From Bacteroidota bacterium (GTDB taxonomy: Bacteria > Bacteroidota > Rhodothermia > Rhodothermales > JABDKH01): a stretch of DNA of 64,000 nucleotides. The notes under the pieces were generated by a model that saw nothing but the letters and a program-made list of their open reading frames with translations, did not search any database and was not told where the DNA came from. The DNA lies in contig JAGQWL010000049.1 in assembly GCA_020437385.1 (NCBI GenBank), positions 20,827 to 84,826 on the forward strand, written 5' to 3'. How positions within the stretch are numbered: position 1 is the stretch's first letter; each line of letters opens with the position of its first letter. Position numbers and translations under genes: made by a program. Shown in pieces: positions 10,522 to 19,600 of the stretch.

Positions 10522-11001
10522 TCAGGTCTTGAGCGACGCGAGGATCTCGTCTTCGGCAATTCTCATGGCCTCGCGTAGTTCAGGGAGCGAGTCGTCCATG
10601 CCCGTCAGGTGCAGGGTGCCGTGGATCACGTAGCGAAGTGCCTCGATCTCGAATGTCGAACCAAATTCCGCGTATCGTTCATTCGCGGTATCAAGATCCA
10701 CGTAGACTTCCCCCTCGTGTGGTGGGGAGTCAGTGAGGCGAAAGCTGATCACGTCTGTGGGGTAGTCGTGACTCAAGAACTCCTTGTTGAGTCGGTGAAC
10801 GGCGCCCCGGTTTGCGAGCACGATTCCAACAGAGGCAAAAGGGTCACCGCCGCGCTCGACGTGCTTGCCGATAATCTGCTGAACCGCGGCGCGCACACTG
10901 TCGCCGGACACGCTGAGGTGCGCGTGATCGACAAAGACCTCGACTTCCACCTGGTCTAGCGTCTCTTTCGGCCGCCCGTCCGCATCAACCAAGGTCATCA
11001 A
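10522..11001 (-). CDS. ybeY: rRNA maturation endoribonuclease YbeY
   Basis: 159-aa ORF with the zinc motif HGTLHLTGMDD (H-x-x-x-H-x-x-G-x-D). Confidence 0.9.
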   Translation of the reverse strand: MMTLVDADGRPKETLDQVEVEVFVDHAHLSVSGDSVRAAVQQIIGKHVERGGDPFASVGIVLANRGAVHRLNKEFLSHDYPTDVISFRLTDSPPHEGEVYVDLDTANERYAEFGSTFEIEALRYVIHGTLHLTGMDDSLPELREAMRIAEDEILASLKT

Positions 11002-11440
11002 ACAACGTGTCCGTTAGTGAGAGCGCGACCGTCGACATTACGAGCTGCGGAGGGAGCGCCATGAAGTCGGCGCTCAGCAGACGATCGTCCACGTTTGAAT
11101 GCAGGGAGCACGCCGCTTCCCGTTCTACGACAAGTCCGTTCGTGATCCCGTTATTGCGTGCGAAGAAGATCACTTCGCCCAGTTCCTTGCTGGTTATGAA
11201 GTGTGTGCACCGATGCAACTGAAGAAACGAATTGGTTCCGTACACCGAAACGAGGACACCCTTTCCGGCAGTCTCGAGATCCTTGGGCAGTTCCAGCGCA
11301 AAGTACAGCTCGACAGTCAGCGTGCGCGCAGTACCGTCGTGCGACAGTTCGAATCGGACAGACGTATCGGAACCCTGGGCTGGTACTCCCAGAGCTTCCG
11401 CAATGAGTTCGACGTTTTCGCGAGTGAGGGCCTGGGCCAT
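10985..11440 (-). CDS. Hypothetical protein
   Basis: 151-aa ORF with coding-like composition. Its end overlaps the ybeY start by 17 nt, which suggests co-transcription. No domain recognised. Confidence 0.5.
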   Translation of the reverse strand: MAQALTRENVELIAEALGVPAQGSDTSVRFELSHDGTARTLTVELYFALELPKDLETAGKGVLVSVYGTNSFLQLHRCTHFITSKELGEVIFFARNNGITNGLVVEREAACSLHSNVDDRLLSADFMALPPQLVMSTVALSLTDTLFDDLG

Positions 11441-11557
11441 GCGCAGCCGACCGTTCAGGGGCCGGATTGAGGTGATCTTGTAGTAAAAAAGATAGCCTCT
11501 TGCGGACCGAAATACAATCAGGGAAGTGCCTTGCGAAAGTCGCCGGAAGCGAGGTCC

Positions 11558-11791
11558 TTAGCTTCCTTCCGGCTCGTCGTCGACAGGTACGATATTGACC
11601 GCGTGGGGACCCTTTGGCCCGTCCTGCAGTTCGTACTCCACTGTCTGTCCAGTACGGAGAGTCTTGAAGCGCTTTTCGTTTCCGATCTGCGAGTAGTGGA
11701 CGAAGATATCAGGTCCACCTTCCGTATTCTCTATGAAGCCGTAGCCCTTCTTCGCGTCGAACCACTTTACGACACTTCGATAGAGTGCCAT
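11558..11791 (-). CDS. Cold-shock domain protein (CspA family)
   Basis: 77-aa ORF with the RNP-1-like motif KGYGFIE and VKWFDAKKGYGF. A strong GGAGG Shine-Dalgarno lies just upstream, and the upstream gap is about 160 nt. Confidence 0.9.
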   Translation of the reverse strand: MALYRSVVKWFDAKKGYGFIENTEGGPDIFVHYSQIGNEKRFKTLRTGQTVEYELQDGPKGPHAVNIVPVDDEPEGS

Positions 11792-11952
11792 GCTTTTCCT
11801 CCTGTCGTGTTAGGGTGAATCAAACCGGGGAAAGCAGCGTCGGACCAGGAGCGACACCGCGTCCGGTTCCGGCATCGGCAGCGAGGGAGGGGATTTGGTT
11901 GGGTGATCCCTGTACGCCAATGCCTTAGAAACAGACACCAATTTACAGACGA

Positions 11953-12420
11953 TTGGTCAAACAAGAAAACCGTGAAATCGCATTCATGGCCCGTACCGAA
12001 AACAAATCTGCCGATAAGGCGAAATTCCGCTTCTACTACGCGGCAGCGGCCTCACTCGGTGCCCTGTCTGTCGCTTTGGGGGCATTTGGTGCCCATGCAC
12101 TTCGCGGCATCATCTCCGAACCAGCTCTCGCGACGTTTAATACGGGCACGCGGTACCAAATGATACACGCGGTTGCGCTGCTGGTCGCAATCCGGTTTGC
12201 CGAAGACACGTCGTCGAAGTGGTTCCTCGGAGCCGCCCGTCTGCTCCTGATTGGGATCGTCCTGTTCTCGGGAAGTCTTTACGGACTCGTCCTGCTGCAC
12301 TGGAATTTCCTCGGACCAGTCACTCCTCTTGGCGGAGCGTCGCTTATTGCCGGATGGGTGTTTCTCACAATCGGATTCCTGAAACCACCGACCCACGCCG
12401 GGCGCGAATCGAGTCACTGA
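11953..12420 (+). CDS. DUF423 family membrane protein
   Basis: 155-aa ORF with four TM helices and the GALSVALGAFGAHAL signature of DUF423/YgdD-like proteins. The true start may be ATG at 11986. Confidence 0.75.
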   Translation: MVKQENREIAFMARTENKSADKAKFRFYYAAAASLGALSVALGAFGAHALRGIISEPALATFNTGTRYQMIHAVALLVAIRFAEDTSSKWFLGAARLLLIGIVLFSGSLYGLVLLHWNFLGPVTPLGGASLIAGWVFLTIGFLKPPTHAGRESSH

Positions 12421-12437
12421 CGCAGATCCGAAGAACG

Positions 12438-12788
12438 CTACTCCTCCGCTTCGAAGATTAACGTGATGCTGGGGACGAGGTCGTACGTCGAAGCAAGTTT
12501 GAGCAATTCGTCGGCGGCTTCTTCAGGGAAATCAAACGTACCGTGTTCGTCCGAGTCGACAGCAAGGGCGTATCCAATTTCGTCGTCACCTTCCTCGACT
12601 ACCTCCCAGTCCGTCGCAGACTCCACAACAAAGATTTGCTCATCCGGCACATAGGCAGCGATAAACATCTCGCGCGCGGAGACTTCATCAATCAGGCTGA
12701 CCGTTCCGATAGCGCCGTATTCCTCGTCGTAGAAGAGCGCTTCTGTCAACAGTCTCTTGCCAAATGTTTCCGGTGTGAATGCTGCCAT
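12438..12788 (-). CDS. Hypothetical acidic protein
   Basis: 116-aa ORF, highly acidic (many D/E), with coding-like third-position GC. No domain recognised. Confidence 0.5.
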   Translation of the reverse strand: MAAFTPETFGKRLLTEALFYDEEYGAIGTVSLIDEVSAREMFIAAYVPDEQIFVVESATDWEVVEEGDDEIGYALAVDSDEHGTFDFPEEAADELLKLASTYDLVPSITLIFEAEE

Positions 12789-12892
12789 CGATCAGTCCCA
12801 GTTTAATGATTGTCGCCGGATCCCGAGGACAACTTCCCCTGCGGCGCACTGCTCAAACGTTCCGCGATCGCTGCGGTTGCGTTCCCTGCGAA

Positions 12893-13642
12893 CTAGATCG
12901 ACAAACTCCTGCCCGATGCAAAGGCTTGGCGCACGTGCAACGGATCCCGGGTTGGATTCGTGCTCAATTTCAGGCCTAATTCTGCCGCAAGATGCACCGC
13001 CACGCGGCCGCCGACGTCTTCCGCGGCGGGCGATTCGCCAAGCTCGTTCTGAATGGAAGTCACTCCGGCATCCCGGATGCCGCACGGAACGATGTGGTCG
13101 AAATAGGACAGATCAGTTGCTACGTTGAGCGCCAGGCCATGAATCGTCACCCAGCGGCTGCAGCGGATTCCCATCGCACAGATCTTTCTCTCCGGGCCGC
13201 GCTCGTCCGGACCGACCCAGACACCCGTTCGGCCTTCAACACGACGCCCCTCGATGCGATAGTCAGCCAGGGTCGCGATCACCGCGGTCTCGAGCGTCCG
13301 AAGGTAGCGGACCAGGTCGGTAAAAATGCGGTCAAGGTCGAGGATCGGATACAGCACCACTTGACCGGGCCCGTGGAATGTAATATCGCCGCCGCGGTCA
13401 ATTCGTTCGAAGGTCGCACCAATCTGTGCTAGGCGCTGGTCACCAAGCAGCAGGTGTTTGTCGTCGCCACTCTTTCCGAGTGTATAAACCGGCGGATGCT
13501 CGACCTGGAGCAGAAGATGCGGTGACCGAATCGGAGGATCGGCTCGCTTGTTCGCAATCATTTCCTGCTGAAGCTGCTTCTGCAGGTCCCAGGTTTCCCT
13601 GTACGGCTGTCGCCCCAGAGAGATGTAGACAAGTTCGTTCAC
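12893..13642 (-). CDS. lipB: Lipoyl(octanoyl) transferase
   Basis: 249-aa ORF with the LipB motifs [12 protein letters not shown] and RKICAMGI. Confidence 0.9.
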   Translation of the reverse strand: MNELVYISLGRQPYRETWDLQKQLQQEMIANKRADPPIRSPHLLLQVEHPPVYTLGKSGDDKHLLLGDQRLAQIGATFERIDRGGDITFHGPGQVVLYPILDLDRIFTDLVRYLRTLETAVIATLADYRIEGRRVEGRTGVWVGPDERGPERKICAMGIRCSRWVTIHGLALNVATDLSYFDHIVPCGIRDAGVTSIQNELGESPAAEDVGGRVAVHLAAELGLKLSTNPTRDPLHVRQAFASGRSLSI

Positions 13643-13666
13643 GCGGTGATCGACCAGTCCTGCTGA

Positions 13667-16600
13667 TTAACGGTCCGAGATGTTAACTCGAAAGTTGAAC
13701 GTGCCGTTAATGTTCCGGCTGGACGGTTGCCGGGTGTCACCCTGGAAGTCCACAACGCTGAGGACGAAGTTCGCCGAAACGCGATTGCTGAACGTGTACG
13801 AGATCTGCGGCGAAATCGTGGTTCGGATGTTCGAAGTGATCTCAGACACGAGATCGCCGGTCAATGCGTCCGATGCCTTGAACGCAGGGTCGGAGACAGC
13901 TTCAACCAACGCCTTTCGAAGCAGGTAGCGTTTGTCGTCGGTCGTGGAGCGCGCAAATGAAAGACTGAAGCTGACGCGATTGTTGAGTTTCTTTCCCTTG
14001 AAGAACGGCAGCTTCAGGCCTGTCTTCTGATACGTGATGCTCGCGGTGAGCTCGCTGGTCGAACTTTCGTTGATGTCGAAGTTACTCGTGCTGAGCGAGT
14101 ACGAGTTACTTCGGTTGAATCCGATGTTTGCCTGGAGGCGATTCTTGAACGTGAAATCAAATCCGATGAGCGGCGTGTACCGTCGATTCACCCGGATGGC
14201 ACCGGTCTCGATGTCCGGCAGATTGAAGACGATGGTCTGAGAGCCGAGAGAGAAGGAGCTGCTGTCCGCATTCTCCGTCAACGCGAGCGAGTTTGTTCGG
14301 AAGTCGGATCCGTAGTCGGAGCTGTAGTTGTGACGGATTGTTGCCGACTGCACCAGGCGCCGAAGCAGCGGCCACTTCCCGAGACCGGTGTAGTTGATTG
14401 TCCAGTTCGGCAATGGAAGCGGCATGAGATTCCGACCGTCGACCGTGATCGATGAGTTGCCGAATACCTGTCGGAAGTCCTGTGCGACCGACCGGTTCGT
14501 CAAGACGACCCGACCGTCACCGTCCGCGTCGCCGACAGTTGTCGGGTCGTTTGACCTGCTCAAGTCGGAGTTGTAGGTGTCGAGCTGCCGCTGTACCAGG
14601 TCAACGTAGTTTGGCTTGAAGACCCACACTGACGACTTGTTGGTGCCCGACAGCGTCTCCGTACGCAAGGTCGTTCCGGATTCGTTTCGAAGGGTAGCTG
14701 TCTGGGTCTCGGAATAGTCGGCCTGCCACGAAAGGTTGATCGTCAGGGAGCGGCTTGGGTTCAGCGACGTCCGTCCCTGGAAGCGGTGGGCGTCCGTGAG
14801 CGCATCCGAAACCTGGAGTCCCTCGGAGAAGACACGGTCGTTGCTGTCGACCGTTCGGTTGAATCCGAATCGGTAGCCGAGTGAAGGGCCTCGGCCGTTC
14901 AGTATTCGGTCAAAGAGACTGTAGGGTGTTTCGACGGTACCGTCGTTCAGTTGCGTTCCGACGTTGGAGGAGCGTGACGAATGAGATCCGCTGTACGTGA
15001 CGTTCAGGTCTCGAATCCCGGTAATTGCCAGTACAGTCCGACGGAGGATCGAAACGGGATCTGGAAGCGGTATCCGAAATCCGCCTCTCGATTCAGTTTC
15101 GGCCTCCGTAGTCGCTTCATCGGCGGGTTCGGCCGCACCCTTTGGCCGGGCTCGACGGGCGATCCCTTCAGCAAGCCGCGGTGACTTCACGGAGTCTGCC
15201 AAGGTAGAGTCCGCAAGCGCCGGACTGTCGATTACAGCCGCCGAATCGGGGCTGACGAGGGAGTCGGGTGCCGCGTTGGCAGCTGCAACGCTGTCAAGCA
15301 CCGCCTGCGCCCTGGCCGCTGCTTCCTGGGCCGCGAGTGAGTCGGCCTCCATTTTCAGCAGGTCCTTCAGTTTGATGCCCAGGGAGTCGGCACGCTGCCT
15401 TGCTGCTTCCATCTCCAATTTCTCGGCCTCACGGCGTTTCGCCCGATCTTCCTTGGCTTTCTTGCGTGCGGCGTCTCGTTCACGGCGTTCGTTCTCGCGT
15501 TCGCGTTCGGCATCTTTTTCAGCCTGCTCAAGGTTCTTGTAAAACTCGAATTTGCGGAATAACTCCTGAATCTTGAGAGAGAGGCCGGTACGGATATCGT
15601 ATTGATTGCCCAGCGACGCGCCGTCGTTACGCCCTTCGGCACCGTTCTGCCAGTTGAACTGCGCGGTGTAGGCAACATCCTGAAGATCGATCCAGTTGAG
15701 CGCCTTCGACTTGTTGAAGCTCGTCCGAAGCGTGGCGTTGAAGCGCTGCGTGTGTTGGTTCGTTCGGAAGAGATCACTTCCGTTGATCGCGTCGCCCAGC
15801 ACCCGCGCCGCCGGCCGCACAACGATCTCATCCTGAAAGGCGAGTCCGTTTGCCGCTGCGACGCTATCCGGTAAGACGGCTGATTCCGGAACTTCGGTGC
15901 GCGTCTCATCATCCAGCCCGTACTGGTACCAGACCGTTCGGACACCAAGCGCGTTCATGCTCTGCCCCGTATTCGTGTCGAGGCCGAGATTCAGGAACTG
16001 GAACGGGTTGTACTGCCACGCAGTCGTACGGCTCAGGGAGAACGTATGGCGCTGGCGCAGTGGATTGTCGAGGAAATTCAGTATCGAGTCGTTCTGTTCA
16101 AACGTGATAGACGGCGTCCGGTCCTGGGACACACCATAACTTCGATTGGCGCTCGCGTTGAGACTGATCGACGACGGCAGGTAGTTAAACCGCAGCTTTC
16201 CGAGAACGCCGATGACGGGAATCCCCTCCAGCGGACCGAAAATCTTGATGGTGCGCGGCTTCCGCGAATTGAACCGGTAGCCGAGGGATCCCGACCACTT
16301 CCAGTCATCCTGCATCGTCTGCGACGGGTTGCTCGCCTCCGAGACGGAATACGAGTACGAAGCGGCCAGTCCGTCCACCGTGTTGCGAAGGAGCTTGGAT
16401 TTGGATCCACTCTTGCCAACCCTCACCGACACGGACTTCGACAGTCGCTTGGTCGACGACGCCTCGCGAACATACGATTGACGTGCCTTTCGCTCTTCCG
16501 GAGTCAGATCGTCGCGGGTCTCGATCTGCTGGATGATGTCATCGATTCGGATGTCCCCGGTGCTTGGCGAAAACCGCGGTTCGCTGGTGTTCGAAGATGT

Positions 16601-19600
16601 CTGCAGCGTCACCGGTATACTCCAGCCGAATCGTTCGGGAATCGGCTGATCCACATTCAGCGTGCTCGTCACGCTCCAGCTCTGCAGGTTATTCTGTTCG
16701 CGGTCGTCCAGCGTACTGGAGAGGCCGCCGAAACCATCCGTCTGCGTCGAGAAGCGGGCATCGACGGTACCGAGGTCGGCGAGTTTGACATTGGCCGCGG
16801 CAACGGCAGACCAGCCGTTCGACTCGTCATAGCCCGATACGCGCATTTCATTTATCCAGACCGTAACGTCTTCGAGGACGTTGGCCGGATCGACACCCAG
16901 CGTATCGGTTGAGGGATTTCGGATCCCGATTACGATCGAGTTGATTCGTCCAAGGGACGGCGTTCCCTTGATCCCCAAACGCGTCCCCGGGGGGGCAAAG
17001 TCCGTCGCGTCCGGCCCGCGCACCTGACCGTCGAGGACGTTCCAGAAGACGGAGTCGGTAGGAGCGTTTCGCTGGTCCCGTTCAACCTTGAGCTGGTTGA
17101 ACGCACTCATCTCGATGTTCACCGAGTTGAGATCGATCGTTTCGCCGTTGAAGAGCTGTGCCGTTTGCCAGAGGTCATCGGAATTTCCCGATACTTCCGA
17201 GCTCGGCGTAAGGGGCTGCTCATACTCGTAGTAGTCGCCCGTCTCGTTGGCGCCGAGTCGAACGAAGAGACGCGCCTTTGATCGTGCGAGATCGGTCGGA
17301 AGCGTCTCCATGGCCGTTCCGTCACCCAGCAAGCCGTGAGCGTGGACGAACATTCGCAGGTTGCTGTACTTCAGGAGATCGATCCCTTGTGTGAACGGCT
17401 TGTAGATCGCAAGCTGTTGGCCCGGGTCCACGTTTTCAACACGAAGCACCATCGCCTGCTCACGCGACGCCTGCCGCTGCCCGTTCGCAAGGCGCGTTTC
17501 GGCGATCACCGTTCCTCGCGGGGGAAGGTAGACGCTGCTGTTCTCTTCGTTGTTGACACTGGAGATGCTGATGGTCGGTTCGTTGCCAACCACTGTTCGA
17601 TTCGGATCTTCATCGTAAAGCGGAATCGAGGCTCCTTTGCGCCACTGACTGCCGACGAGTTCAAGCGACGCAAATCGGACGGTAAGAGGATCCGACAAAC
17701 CCGTCATCCACATCCTGATGGTCTGAATCCGCGTGAAGTCTTGTATCTCACCGACCTTCCGCGTGAAGTCCCTGACGGGAATGCGAACCTGGTACCAGCC
17801 AGTACGCTCGCCCGACTGGCTCGTGATTTCCGTTACGATGTAGTCGTCGACTTCAGAAGGGACGGCGAGCCGGTCGAGCTCGTCCTTGTTCAACGGAATC
17901 GCGTACTGGTAGTAACTGTCGAGAAGGTCAGGAGCTGAGTTGCCGTTGAGGTCCTCGGAGTCGGGATACCGCGAGTTGCCGCGTCGGTCGGCGACGTCAA
18001 CGCGGTCTGCCAGCTCACGCTGCGACTCAAAACCATTCAGCTCAAGTCCCGAGAAGAATCGCGAAAAGCGCTGTTGCACCGTCGCGCCCCCGGGATAGAT
18101 ATCTTCGTTCTTGAAGTAGTTGTCATCGCCGAAATAGTGAAAGTCGTCGGCCGACGGGTCGAGGATACTTCTCGCTCGCTCTGCGCGGTAGTACGGATTG
18201 TTGTTCGCCGGATCGATGGCATCGAGAAAATGGCGGAAGTGAAACGTTTCCGTTCCAATCTCCGGGTAATTTCCGCCGTACGAAGCGAGACCGTCGATAC
18301 CCAGGTCCTCGGTTCGCTGATTCGTTTCGTCAAGCTTCACAACCTTATCGGGGATTGTTGTTGGCCGGCGTCCCCACGCGTTGATCGCAGACTCATCGAT
18401 CGTTGTTGTTGAAAGCCCGTCTTCGTCGTTCAGCCGTTCGTCTGGAAGGACGTCTTCCGAAATGAATCCGAGGTCCAGGTAGAGCTTGGCGTCTGCATCC
18501 GCCATGTTCGCCGGATTTTCCGCAAACGGTTGGAAGATGAATTCGACGAACTCAATATTCTTCGTCGAGAAGTCCGTGTACCCGTCCGGAATCCGCTGAA
18601 TCATACCGGCCCAGGTGTCCCGCGGGCTGTTGATGAACGAATTCAGATCGGTCGTGTAGTTGTACGGGCCGCGTTCGTGCGGATTGATGTAGAAGTCGAA
18701 TGTGCTGAGCGTTCGATCCGTCTGACCGTTCAGCTCCCTATCCGGATACACCTCGTTGATCTCGATCGTCCGAACCGCGTCGACGTTGTAGGCAAGAGCG
18801 TCGATTTCAGAAAGCGTGTTGTTGTTGATGCGATACCATGCGCCCGATGCACGCCAGTTCGTGCGAAGGGAGTCGGCCGCAGGATCGGCGTTGTCGACGA
18901 TGCCGATAGAATCCGGAGCGGACGAGATTCGCCACGATCCGGGCTGCGTGAGTGGAAGTGTCGTCTCGAAGCCTTCAAAGTCGTCGAGATAGGAAATTCC
19001 GTTTAGCTCGTCACGATTAAAGTCCCGACCATCCTTCCGAAGGTCGCGCCGACTCCTGCTGAAGGCCTGGGTCTGCGTATGTCCGGGCCTGAGCTGCGCA
19101 AACTCTCCCGACAACGTGATGCGGCTTGCCTGTCTCGTCTGCAGCAACGGAACCTTGTCGATCGCGCGCGTCAGCCAGTCGACGTCTGAGTCGAACGAGC
19201 CGTCAACGCCCCAGATGAAGTTGGAGATCGGCTCTTCGCCGATCCGAAACTTGTCGGTCGGCGACTTCTCGCTGAGACGCATCCCGGTGGCCCCTAGGGA
19301 CAGTCGCTCGTCGAGGTCGTAGTCGGCGCGAAGGCCCAGCAGCGACTTCTTCTGTATCTGTGCGAACGAGTTTTCTTCGAACGAGATGTCGATGTTTCGA
19401 CCCTCGATAAGGTAGGCGTCGTTCGTGATGGTGACGGAGCCTCCAGTGTAGTCGACGATGTAGTCGACGTTCTCCGTCAACTCCGCGCCGGCCGATGTCA
19501 CCCGGATCGATCCGGGCACGATTCCGGCAAAACTGTTGAGGTCGTACGTGCTCGCAACACTTCCCTTGTACTCCCCGGTAATCCGGTAAAGGTTGTACTT

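Noticed and set aside
18231-18255. parS-like palindromes (GAAACGTTTC in sprA; GTTTCACGCGA at about 41163 in purQ)
   Set aside because: Neither matches the 16-bp TGTTTCACGTGAAACA consensus beyond a half-site. The first is the permuted palindrome. Both lie inside coding sequence.
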